From NCBI RefSeq assembly GCF_009914755.1, contig NC_060942.1: a DNA stretch of 64,000 nucleotides. One strand, 5' to 3'. The translations under genes were made by a program, and so were the position numbers. Positions within the stretch are counted from its first letter, which is position 1, and every line of letters begins with the position of its first letter. The stretch is from the human T2T-CHM13v2.0 reference genome, Homo sapiens. Of this stretch, positions 12,863 to 26,300 are shown one piece after another. Below the pieces are notes generated by a model that worked only from the letters and a program-made list of their open reading frames with translations, had not been told where the DNA came from and did not search any database.

Positions 12863-15800
12863 CATTCTCAGAAACTTATTTGAGATGTGTGTACTCAACT
12901 AAGAGAATTGAACCACCGTTTTGAAGGAGCAGTTTTGAAACACTCTTTTTCTGGAATCTGCAAGTGGATATTTGGCTAGCTTTGGGGATTTCGCTGGAAG
13001 CGGGAATACATATAAAAAGCACACAGCAGCGTTCTGAGAAACTGCTTTCTGATGTTTGCATTCAAGTCAAAAGTTGAACACTCCCTTTCATAGAGCAGTC
13101 TTGAAACACCCCTTTTGTAGTATCTGGAACTGGACATTTGGAGCGCTTTCAGGGCTAAGGTGAAAAAGGAAATATCTTCCCATAAAAACTGGACAGAAGC
13201 ATTCTCAGAAACTTGTTTATGCTGTATCTACTCAACTAACAAAGTTGAACCTTTCTTTTGATAGAGCAGTTTTGAAATGCTCTTTTTGTGGAATCTGCAA
13301 GTGGATATTTGGCTAGGTTTGAGGATTTCGTTGGAAGCGGGAATTCATACAAATTGCAGACTGCAGCGTTCTGAGAAACATCTTTGTGATGTTTGTATTC
13401 AGGACACAGAGTTGAACATTCCCTATCATAGAGCAGGTTGGAATCACTCCTTTTGTACTATCTGGAAGTGGACATTTGGAGCGCTTTCAGGCCTATGTTG
13501 AAAAAGGAAATATCTTCCCATAACAACTAGGCAGAAGCATTCTCAGAAACTTGTTTGTGATGTGTGCCCTCTACTGACACAGTTGAACCTTTCTTTTCAT
13601 AGAGCAGTTTCGAAACACTCTTTTTGTAGAATCTGCAAGAGGATATTTGCATAGCTTTGAGGATTTCGTGGGAAACGGGATTGTCTTCAGGTAAAATCTA
13701 GACAGAAGCATTCTCAGAAACTTCTTTGGGATGTTTGCATTCAAGTCACAGAGTAGAACATTCCCTTTGGTAGAGCAGGTTTGAAACACTCTTTTTGTAG
13801 TGTGTGTAAGTGGACATTTGGAGCGCTTTCAGACCTACGTTGGAAAAGGAAATATCTTCCCATAACAACTAGACAGAAGCATTCTCAGAAACTAGTTTCT
13901 GATGTGTGTCCTCAACTAACACAGTTGAACATTTCTTTAGACAGAACAGTTTTGAAACACTCTTTTTGTGGAATCTGCAAGTGGATATTTTGCTAGATTT
14001 GAGGATTTCGTTGGAAACGGGATTACATATAAAAAGCAGACAGCAGCATTCTCAGAAACTTCTTTGTGATGATTGCATTCAAGTCACAGAATTGAACATT
14101 CCCTTTCACAGAGCAGGTTTGAAACACTCTTTTTGTAGTGTGTGTAAGTGGACATTTGGAGCGCTTTCCGGCCTAAGGTGAACAAGGAAATATCTTCCCA
14201 TAAAAACTAGACAGAAGCATTCTCAGAAACTTACTCGTGATGTGTGTCCTCAACTAAAGGAGTAGAACCTTTCTTTTCATAGAGAAGTTTTGAAACGCTC
14301 TTTTTGTGGAATCTGCAAGTGGATATTTGGCTAGTTTGGAGGATTTCGTTGGAAGCGGGAATTCATACAAATTGCAGACTGCAGCGTTCTGAGAAACATC
14401 TTTGTGATGTTTGTATTCAGGACACAGAGTTGAACATTCCCTATCATAGAGTAGGTTGGAATCACTCCTGTTGTACTATCTGGAAGTGGACATTTGGAGC
14501 GCTTTCAGGCCTATGTTGAAAAAGGAAATATCTTCCCATAACAACTAGACAGAAGCATTCTCAGAAACTTGTTTGTGATGTGTGCCCTCTACTGACACAG
14601 TTGAATCTTTCTTTTCATAGAGCAGTTTCGAAACACTCTTTTTGTAGAATCTGCAAGAGGATATTTGCATAGCTTTGAGGATTTCGTGGGAAACGGGATT
14701 GTCTTCAGGTAAAATCTAGACAGAAGCATTCTCAGAAACTTCTTTGGGATGTTTGCATTCAAGTCACAGAGTAGAACATTCCCTTTGGTAGAGCAGGTTT
14801 GAAAAACTCTTTTTGTAGTGTGTGTAAGTGGACATTTTGAGCGCTTTCTGGCCTACGTTGGAAAAGGAAATATCTTCCCATAACAACTAGACAGAAGCAT
14901 TCTCAGAAACTAGTTTCTGATGTGTGTCCTCAACTAACACAGTTGAACATTTCTTTAGACAGAACAGTTTTGAAACACTCTTTTTGTGGAATCTGCAAGT
15001 GGATATTTGGCTAGATTTGAGGATTTCGTTGGAAACGGGATTACATATAAAAAGCAGACAGCAGCATTCTCAGAAACTTCTTTGTGATGATTGCATTCAA
15101 GTCACAGAATTGAACATTCCTTTTCACAGAGCAGGTTTGAAACACTCTTTTTCTAGTGTGTGTAAGTGGACATTTGGAGCGCTTTCCGGCCTAAGGTGAA
15201 CAAGGAAATATCTTCCCATAAAAACTAGACAGAAGCATTCTCAGAAACTTACTCGTGATGTGTGTCCTCAACTAAAGGAGTAGAACCTTTCTTTTCATAG
15301 AGAAGTTTTGAAACGCTCTTTTTGTGGAATCTGCAAGTGGATATTTGGCTAGTTTGGAGGATTTCGTTGGAAGCCGGAATTCATACAAATTGCAGACCGC
15401 AGCGTTCTGAGAAACATCTTTGTGATGTTTGTATTCAGGACACAGAGTTGAACATTCCCTATCATAGAGCAGGTTGGAATCACTCCTTTTGTAGTATCTG
15501 GAAGTGGACATTTGGAGCGCTTTCAGGCCTATGTTGGAAAAGGAAATATCTTCCCATAACAACTAGACAGAAGCATTCTCAGAAACTTATTTGAGATGTG
15601 TGTACTCAACTAAGAGAATTGAACCACCGTTTTGAAGGAGCAGTTTTGAAACACTCTTTTTCTGGAATCTGCAAGTGGATATTTGGCTAGCTTTGGGGAT
15701 TTCGCTGGAAGCGGGAATACATATAAAAAGCACACAGCAGCGTTCTGAGAAACTGCTTTCTGATGTTTGCATTCAAGTCAAAAGTTGAACACTCCCTTTC

Positions 15801-18800
15801 ATAGAGCAGTCTTGAAACACCCCTTTTGTAGTATCGGGAACTGGACATTTGGAGCGCTTTCAGGGCTAAGGTGAAAAAGGAAATATCTTCCCATAAAAAC
15901 TGGACAGAAGCATTCTCAGAAACTTGTTTATGCTGTATCTACTCAACTAACAAAGTTGAACCTTTCTTTTGATAGAGCAGTTTTGAAATGCTCTTTTTGT
16001 GGAATCTGCAAGTGGATATTTGGCTAGGTTTGAGGATTTCGTTGGAAGCGGGAATTCATACAAATTGCAGACTGCAGCGTTCTGAGAAACGTCTTTGTGA
16101 TGTTTGTATTCAGGACACAGAGTTGAACATTCCCTATCATAGAGAAGGCTGGAATCACTCCTTTTGTAGTATCTGGAAGTCGACATTTGGAGCGCTTTCA
16201 GGCCTATGTTGAAAAAGGAAATATCTTCCCATAACAACTAGGCAGAAGCATTCTCAGAAACTTGTTTGTGATGTGTGCCCTCTACTGACACAGTTGAACC
16301 TTTCTTTTCATAGAGCAGTTTCGAAACACTCTTTTTGTAGAATCTGCAAGAGGATATTTGCATAGCTTTGAGGATTTCGTGGGAAACGGGATTGTCTTCA
16401 GGTAAAATCTAGACAGAAGCATTCTCAGAAACTTCTTTGGGATGTTTGCATTCAAGTCACAGAGTAGAACATTCCCTTTGGTAGAGCAGGTTTGAAACAC
16501 TCTTTTTGTAGTGTGTGTAAGTGGACATTTGGAGCGCTTTCTGGCCTACGTTGGAAAAGGAAATATCTTCCCATAACAACTAGACAGAAGCATTCTCAGA
16601 AACTAGTTTCTGATGTGTGTCCTCAACTAACACAGTTGAACATTTCTTTAGACAGAACAGTTTTGAAACACTCTTTTTGTGGAATCTGCAAGTGGATATT
16701 TGGCTACATTTGAGGATTTCGTTGGAAACGGGATTACATATAAAAAGCAGACAGCAGCATTCTCAGAAACTTCTTTGTGATGATTGCCTTCAAGTCACAG
16801 AATTGAACATTCCTTTTCACAGAGCAGGTTTGAAACACTCTTTTTCTAGTGTGTGTAAGTGGACATTTGGAGCGCTTTCCGGCCTAAGGTGAACAAGGAA
16901 ATATCTTCCCATAAAAACTAGACAGAAGCATTCTCAGAAAATTACTCGTGATGTGTGTCCTCAACTAAAGGAGTAGAACCTTTCTTTTCATAGAGAAGTT
17001 TTGAAACGCTCTTTTTGTGGAATCTGCAAGTGGATATTTGGCTAGTTTGGAGGATTTCGTTGGAAGCGGGAATTCATACAAATTGCAGACTGCAGCGTTC
17101 TGAGAAACATCTTTGTGATGTTTGTATTCAGGACACAGAGTTGAACATTCCCTATCATAGAGCAGGTTGGAATCACTCCTTTTGTAGTATCTGGAAGTGG
17201 ACATTTGGAGCGCTTTCAGGCCTATGTTGGAAAAGGAAATATCTTCCCATAACAACTAGACAGAAGCATTCTCAGAAACTTATTTGAGATGTGTGTACGC
17301 AACTAGGAGAATTGAACCACCGTTTTGAAGGAGCAGTTTTGAAACACTCTTTTTCTGGAATCTGCAAGTGGATATTTGGCTAGCTTTGGGGATTTCGCTG
17401 GAAGCGGGAATACATATAAAAAGCACACAGCAGCGTTCTGAGAAACTGCTTTCTGATGTTTGCATTCAAGTCAAAAGTTGAACACTCCCTTTCATAGAGC
17501 AGTCTTGAAACACCCCTTTTGTAGTATCGGGAACTGGACATTTGGAGCGCTTTCAGGGCTAAGGTGAAAAAGGAAATATCTTCCCATAAAAACTGGAGAG
17601 AAGCATTCTCAGAAACTTGTTTATGCTGTATCTACTCAACTAACAAAGTTGAACCTTTCTTTTGATAGAGCAGTTTTGAAATGCTCTTTTTGTGCAATCT
17701 GCAAGTGGATATTTGGCTAGTTTTGAGGATTTCGTTGGAAGCGGGAATTCATACAAATTGCAGACTGCAGCGTTCTGAGAAACGTCTTTGTGATGTTTGT
17801 ATTCAGGACACAGAGTTGAACATTCCCTATCATAGAGAAGGCTGGAATCACTCCTTTTGTAGTATCTGGAAGTCGACATTTGGAGCGCTTTCAGGCCTAT
17901 GTTGAAAAAGGAAATATCTTCCCATAACAACTAGGCAGAAGCATTCTCAGAAACTTGTTTGTGATGTGTGCCCTCTACTGACACAGTTGAACCTTTCTTT
18001 TCATAGAGCAGTTTCGAAACACTCTTTTTGTAGAATCTGCAAGAGGATATTTGCATAGCTTTGAGGATTTCGTGGGAAACGGGATTGTCTTCAGGTAAAA
18101 TCTAGACAGAAGCATTCTCAGAAACTTCTTTGGGATGTTTGCATTCAAGTCACAGAGTAGAACATTCCCTTTGGTAGAGCAGGTTTGAAACACTCTTTTT
18201 GTAGTGTGTGTAACTGGACATTTGGAGCGCTTTCTGGCCTACGTTGGAAAAGGAAATATCTTCCCATAACAACTAGACAGAAGCATTCTCAGAAACTAGT
18301 TTCTGATGTGTGTCCTCAACTAACACAGTTGAACATTTCTTTAGACAGAACAGTTTTGAAACACTCTTTTTGTGGAATCTGCAAGTGGATATTTGGCTAC
18401 ATTTGAGGATTTCGTTGGAAACGGGATTACATATAAAAAGCAGACAGCAGCATTCTCAGAAACTTCTTTGTGATGATTGCATTCAAGTCACAGAATTGAA
18501 CATTCCTTTTCACAGAGCAGGTTTGAAACACTCTTTTTCTAGTGTGTGTAAGTGGACATTTGGAGCGCTTTCCGGCCTAAGGTGAACAAGGAAATATCTT
18601 CCCATAAAAACTAGACAGAAGCATTCTCAGAAACTTACTCGTGATGTGTGTCCTCAACTAAAGGAGTAGAACCTTTCTTTTCATAGAGAAGTTTTGAAAC
18701 GCTCTTTTTGTGGAATCTGCAAGTGGATATTTGGCTAGTTTTGAGGATTTCGTTGGAAGCGGGAATTCATACAAATTGCAGACTGCAGCGTTCTGAGAAA

Positions 18801-21800
18801 CATCTTTGTGATGTTTGTATTCAGGACACAGAGTTGAACATTCCCTATAATAGAGCAGGTTGGAATCACTCCTTTTGTAGTATCTGGAAGTGGACATTTG
18901 GAGCGCTTTCAGGCCTATGTTGAAAAAGGAAATATCTTCCCATAACAACTAGACAGAAGCATTCTCAGAAACTTGTTTGTGATGTGTGCCCTCTACTGAC
19001 ACAGTTGAATCTTTCTTTTCATAGAGCAGTTTCGAAACACTCTTTTTGTAGAATCTGCAAGAGGATATTTGCATAGCTTTGAGGATTTCGTGGGAAACGG
19101 GATTGTCTTCAGGTAAAATCTAGACAGAAGCATTCTCAGAAACTTCTTTGGGATGTTTGCATTCAAGTCACAGAGTAGAACATTCCCTTTGGTAGAGCAG
19201 GTTTGAAAAACTCTTTTTGTAGTGTGTGTAAGTGGACATTTTGAGCGCTTTCTGGCCTACGTTGGAAAAGGAAATATCTTCCCATAACAACTAGACAGAA
19301 GCATTCTCAGAAACTAGTTTCTGATGTGTGTCCTCAACTAACACAGTTGAACATTTCTTTAGACAGAACAGTTTTGAAACACTCTTTTTGTGGAATCTGC
19401 AAGTGGATATTTGGCTAGATTTGAGGATTTCGTTGGAAACGGGATTACATATAAAAAGCAGACAGCAGCATTCTCAGAAACTTCTTTGTGATGATTGCAT
19501 TCAAGTCACAGAATTGAACATTCCTTTTCACAGAGCAGGTTTGAAACACTCTTTTTCTAGTGTGTGTAAGTGGACATTTGGAGCGCTTTCCGGCCTAAGG
19601 TGAACAAGGAAATATCTTCCCATAAAAACTAGACAGAAGCATTCTCAGAAACTTACTCGTGATGTGTGTCCTCAACTAAAGGAGTAGAACCTTTCTTTTC
19701 ATAGAGAAGTTTTGAAACGCTCTTTTTGTGGAATCTGCAAGTGGATATTTGGCTAGTTTGGAGGATTTCGTTGGAAGCCGGAATTCATACAAATTGCAGA
19801 CCGCAGCGTTCTGAGAAACATCTTTGTGATGTTTGTATTCAGGACACAGAGTTGAACATTCCCTATCATAGAGCAGGTTGGAATCACTCCTTTTGTAGTA
19901 TCTGGAAGTGGACATTTGGAGCGCTTTCAGGCCTATGTTGGAAAAGGAAATATCTTCCCATAACAACTAGACAGAAGCATTCTCAGAAACTTATTTGAGA
20001 TGTGTGTACTCAACTAAGAGAATTGAACCACCGTTTTGAAGGAGCAGTTTTGAAACACTCTTTTTCTGGAATCTGCAAGTGGATATTTGGCTAGCTTTGG
20101 GGATTTCGCTGGAAGCGGGAATACATATAAAAAGCACACAGCAGCGTTCTGAGAAACTGCTTTCTGATGTTTGCATTCAAGTCAAAAGTTGAACACTCCC
20201 TTTCATAGAGCAGTCTTGAAACACCCCTTTTGTAGTATCGGGAACTGGACATTTGGAGCGCTTTCAGGGCTAAGGTGAAAAAGGAAATATCTTCCCATAA
20301 AAACTGGACAGAAGCATTCTCAGAAACTTGTTTATGCTGTATCTACTCAACTAACAAAGTTGAACCTTTCTTTTGATAGAGCAGTTTTGAAATGCTCTTT
20401 TTGTGGAATCTGCAAGTGGATATTTGGCTAGGTTTGAGGATTTCGTTGGAAGCGGGAATTCATACAAATTGCAGACTGCAGCGTTCTGAGAAACGTCTTT
20501 GTGATGTTTGTATTCAGGACACAGAGTTGAACATTCCCTATCATAGAGAAGGCTGGAATCACTCCTTTTGTAGTATCTGGAAGTCGACATTTGGAGCGCT
20601 TTCAGGCCTATGTTGAAAAAGGAAATATCTTCCCATAACAACTAGGCAGAAGCATTCTCAGAAACTTGTTTGTGATGTGTGCCCTCTACTGACACAGTTG
20701 AACCTTTCTTTTCATAGAGCAGTTTCGAAACACTCTTTTTGTAGAATCTGCAAGAGGATATTTGCATAGCTTTGAGGATTTCGTGGGAAACGGGATTGTC
20801 TTCAGGTAAAATCTAGACAGAAGCATTCTCAGAAACTTCTTTGGGATGTTTGCATTCAAGTCACAGAGTAGAACATTCCCTTTGGTAGAGCAGGTTTGAA
20901 ACACTCTTTTTGTAGTGTGTGTAAGTGGACATTTGGAGCGCTTTCTGGCCTACGTTGGAAAAGGAAATATCTTCCCATAACAACTAGACAGAAGCATTCT
21001 CAGAAACTAGTTTCTGATGTGTGTCCTCAACTAACACAGTTGAACATTTCTTTAGACAGAACAGTTTTGAAACACTCTTTTTGTGGAATCTGCAAGTGGA
21101 TATTTGGCTACATTTGAGGATTTCGTTGGAAACGGGATTACATATAAAAAGCAGACAGCAGCATTCTCAGAAACTTCTTTGTGATGATTGCCTTCAAGTC
21201 ACAGAATTGAACATTCCTTTTCACAGAGCAGGTTTGAAACACTCTTTTTCTAGTGTGTGTAAGTGGACATTTGGAGCGCTTTCCGGCCTAAGGTGAACAA
21301 GGAAATATCTTCCCATAAAAACTAGACAGAAGCATTCTCAGAAAATTACTCGTGATGTGTGTCCTCAACTAAAGGAGTAGAACCTTTCTTTTCATAGAGA
21401 AGTTTTGAAACGCTCTTTTTGTGGAATCTGCAAGTGGATATTTGGCTAGTTTGGAGGATTTCGTTGGAAGCGGGAATTCATACAAATTGCAGACTGCAGC
21501 GTTCTGAGAAACATCTTTGTGATGTTTGTATTCAGGACACAGAGTTGAACATTCCCTATCATAGAGCAGGTTGGAATCACTCCTTTTGTAGTATCTGGAA
21601 GTGGACATTTGGAGCGCTTTCAGGCCTATGTTGGAAAAGGAAATATCTTCCCATAACAACTAGACAGAAGCATTCTCAGAAACTTATTTGAGATGTGTGT
21701 ACGCAACTAGGAGAATTGAACCACCGTTTTGAAGGAGCAGTTTTGAAACACTCTTTTTCTGGAATCTGCAAGTGGATATTTGGCTAGCTTTGGGGATTTC

Positions 21801-23363
21801 GCTGGAAGCGGGAATACATATAAAAAGCACACAGCAGCGTTCTGAGAAACTGCTTTCTGATGTTTGCATTCAAGTCAAAAGTTGAACACTCCCTTTCATA
21901 GAGCAGTCTTGAAACACCCCTTTTGTAGTATCGGGAACTGGACATTTGGAGCGCTTTCAGGGCTAAGGTGAAAAAGGAAATATCTTCCCATAAAAACTGG
22001 ACAGAAGCATTCTCAGAAACTTGTTTATGCTGTATCTACTCAACTAACAAAGTTGAACCTTTCTTTTGATAGAGCAGTTTTGAAATGCTCTTTTTGTGCA
22101 ATCTGCAAGTGGATATTTGGCTAGTTTTGAGGATTTCGTTGGAAGCGGGAATTCATACAAATTGCAGACTGCAGCGTTCTGAGAAACGTCTTTGTGATGT
22201 TTGTATTCAGGACACAGAGTTGAACATTCCCTATCATAGAGAAGGCTGGAATCACTCCTTTTGTAGTATCTGGAAGTCGACATTTGGAGCGCTTTCAGGC
22301 CTATGTTGAAAAAGGAAATATCTTCCCATAACAACTAGGCAGAAGCATTCTCAGAAACTTGTTTGTGATGTGTGCCCTCTACTGACACAGTTGAACCTTT
22401 CTTTTCATAGAGCAGTTTCGAAACACTCTTTTTGTAGAATCTGCAAGAGGATATTTGCATAGCTTTGAGGATTTCGTGGGAAACGGGATTGTCTTCAGGT
22501 AAAATCTAGACAGAAGCATTCTCAGAAACTTCTTTGGGATGTTTGCATTCAAGTCACAGAGTAGAACATTCCCTTTGGTAGAGCAGGTTTGAAACACTCT
22601 TTTTGTAGTGTGTGTAAGTGGACATTTGGAGCGCTTTCTGGCCTACGTTGGAAAAGGAAATATCTTCCCATAACAACTAGACAGAAGCATTCTCAGAAAC
22701 TAGTTTCTGATGTGTGTCCTCAACTAACACAGTTGAACATTTCTTTAGACAGAACAGTTTTGAAACACTCTTTTTGTGGAATCTGCAAGTGGATATTTGG
22801 CTACATTTGAGGATTTCGTTGGAAACGGGATTACATATAAAAAGCAGACAGCAGCATTCTCAGAAACTTCTTTGTGATGATTGCATTCAAGTCACAGAAT
22901 TGAACATTCCTTTTCACAGAGCAGGTTTGAAACACTCTTTTTCTAGTGTGTGTAAGTGGACATTTGGAGCGCTTTCCGGCCTAAGGTGAACAAGGAAATA
23001 TCTTCCCATAAAAACTAGACAGAAGCATTCTCAGAAACTTACTCGTGATGTGTGTCCTCAACTAAAGGAGTAGAACCTTTCTTTTCATAGAGAAGTTTTG
23101 AAACGCTCTTTTTGTGGAATCTGCAAGTGGATATTTGGCTAGTTTGGAGGATTTCGTTGGAAGCGGGAATTCATACAAATTGCAGACTGCAGCGTTCTGA
23201 GAAACATCTTTGTGATGTTTGTATTCAGGACACAGAGTTGAACATTCCCTATCATAGAGCAGGTTGGAATCACTCCTTTTGTAGTATCTGGAAGTGGACA
23301 TTTGGAGCGCTTTCAGGCCTATGTTGGAAAAGGAAATATCTTCCCATAACAACTAGACAGAAG
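12863..23363 (+). repeat. HOR series 16-mer, 10-mer, 16-mer, 10-mer, 10-mer
   Basis: A1 starts at 12863, 15574, 17267, 19978, 21671, 23364; spacings 2711, 1693, 2711, 1693, 1693. Confidence 0.92.
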
Positions 23364-26300
23364 CATTCTCAGAAACTTATTTGAGATGTGTGTACTCAAC
23401 TAAGAGAATTGAACCACCGTTTTGAAGGAGCAGTTTTGAAACACTCTTTTTCTGGAATCTGCAAGTGGATATTTGGCTAGCTTTGGGGATTTCGCTGGAA
23501 GCGGGAATACATATAAAAAGCACACAGCAGCGTTCTGAGAAACTGCTTTCTGATGTTTGCATTCAAGTCAAAAGTTGAACACTCCCATTCATAGAGCAGT
23601 CTTGAAACACCCCTTTTGTAGTATCGGGAACTGGACATTTGGAGCGCTTTCAGGGCTAAGGTGAAAAAGGAAATATCTTCCCATAAAAACTGGACAGAAG
23701 CATTCTCAGAAACTGGTTTATGCTGTATCTACTCAACTAACAAAGTTGAACCTTTCTTTGATAGAGCAGTTTTGAAATGCTCTTTTTGTGGAATCTGCAA
23801 GTGGATATTTGGCTAGGTTTGAGGATTTCGTTGGAAGCGGGAATTCATACAAATTGCAGACTGCACCGTTCTCAGAAAAATCTTTGTGATGTCTGTATTC
23901 AGGACACAGAGTTGAACATTCCCTATCATAGAGCAGGTTGGAATCACTCCTTTTGTAGTATCTGGAAGTGGACATTTGGAGCGCTTTCAGGCCTATGTTG
24001 AAAAAGGAAATATCTTCCCATAACAACTAGGCAGAAGCATTCTCAGAAACTTGTTTGTGATGTGTGCCCTCTACTGACACAGTTGAACCTTTCTTTTCAT
24101 AGAGCAGTTTCGAAACACTCTTTTTGTAGAATCTGCAAGAGGATATTTGCTTAGCTTTGAGGATTTCGTGGGAAACGGGATTGTCTTCAGGTAAAATCTA
24201 GACAGAAGCATTCTCAGAAACTTCTTTGGGATGTTTGCATTCAAGTCACAGAGTAGAACATTCCCTTTGGTAGAGCAGGTTTGAAACACTCTTTTTGTAG
24301 TGTGTGTAAGTGGACATTTGGAGCGCTTTCAGGCCTACGTTGGAAAAGGAAATATCTTCCCATAACAACTAGACAGAAGCATTCTCAGAAACTAGTTTCT
24401 GATGTGTGTCCTCAACTAACACAGTTGAACATTTCTTTAGACAGAACAGTTTTGAAACACTCTTTTTGTGGAATCTGCAAGTGGATATTTGGCTAGATTT
24501 GAGGATTTCGTTGGAAACGGGATTACATATAAAAAGCAGACAGCAGCATTCTCAGAAACTTCTTTGTGATGACTGCATTCAAGTCACAGAATTGAACATT
24601 CCCTTTCACAGAGCAGGTTTGAAACACTCTTTTTCTAGTGTGTGTAAGTGGACATTTGGAGCGCTTTCCGGCCTAAGGTGAACAAGGAAATATCTTCCCA
24701 TAAAAACTAGACTGAAGCATTCTCAGAAACTTACTCGTGATGTGTGTCCTCAACTAAAGGAGTAGAACCTTTCTTTTCATAGAGAAGTTTTGAAACGCTC
24801 TTTTTGTGGAATCTGCAAGTGGATATTTGGCTAGTTTGGAGGATTTCGTTGGAAGCGGGAATTCATACAAATTGCAGACTGCAGCGTTCTGAGAAACATC
24901 TTTGTGATGTTTGTATTCAGGACACAGAGTTGAACATTCCCTATCATAGAGCAGGTTGGAATCACTCCTTTTGTAGTATCTGGAAGTGGACATTTGGAGC
25001 GCTTTCAGGCCTATGTTGAAAAAGGAAATATCTTCCCATAACAACTAGACAGAAGCATTCTCAGAAACTTCTTTGTGATGTGTGCCCTCTACTGACACAG
25101 TTGAACCTTTCTTTTCATAGAGCAGTTTCGAAACACTCTTTTTGTAGAATCTGCAAGAGGATATTTGCATAGATTTGAGGATTTCGTGGGAAACGGGATT
25201 GTCTTCAGGTAAAATCTAGACAGAAGCATTCTCAGAAACTTCTTTGGGATGTTTGAATTCAAGTCACAGAGTAGAACATTCCCTTTGGTAGAGCAGGTTT
25301 GAAACACTCTTTTTGTAGTGTGTGTAAGTGGACATTTGGAGCGCTTTCAGGCCTACGTTGGAAAAGGAAATATCTTCCCATAACAACTAGTCAGAAGCAT
25401 TCTCAGAAACTAGTTTCTGATGTGTGTCCTCAACTAACACAGTTGAACATTTCTTTAGACAGAACAGTTTTGAAACACTCTTTTTGTGGAATCTGCAAGT
25501 GGATATTTGGCTAGATTTGAGGATTTCGTTGGAAACGGGATTACATATAAAAAGCAGACAGCAGCATTCTCAGAAACTTCTTTGTGATGATTGCATTCAA
25601 GTCACAGAATTGAACATTCCCTTTCACAGAGCAGGTTTGAAACACTCTTTTTGTAGTGTGTGTAAGTGGACATTTGGAGCGCTTTCCGGCCTAAGGTGAA
25701 CAAGGAAATATCTTCCCATAAAAACTAGACAGAAGCATTCTCAGAAACTTACTCGTGATGTGTGTCCTCAACTAAAGGAGTAGAACCTTTCTTTTCATAG
25801 AGAAGTTTTGAAACGCTCTTTTTGTGGAATCTGCAAGTGGATATTTGGCTAGTTTGGAGGATTTCGTTGGAAGCGGGAATTCATACAAATTGCAGACTGC
25901 AGCGTTCTGAGAAACATCTTTGTGATGTTTGTATTCAGGACACAGAGTTGAACATTCCCTATAATAGAGCAGGTTGGAATCACTCCTTTTGTAGTATCTG
26001 GAAGTGGACATTTGGAGCGCTTTCAGGCCTATGTTGAAAAAGGAAATATCTTCCCATAACAACTAGACAGAAGCATTCTCAGAAACTTGTTTGTGATGTG
26101 TGCCCTCTACTGACACAGTTGAATCTTTCTTTTCATAGAGTAGTTTCGAAACACTCTTTTTGTAGAATCTGCAAGAGGATATTTGCATAGCTTTGAGGAT
26201 TTCGTGGGAAACGGGATTGTCTTCAGGTAAAATCTAGACAGAAGCATTCTCAGAAACTTCTTTGGGATGTTTGCATTCAAGTCACAGAGTAGAACATTCC

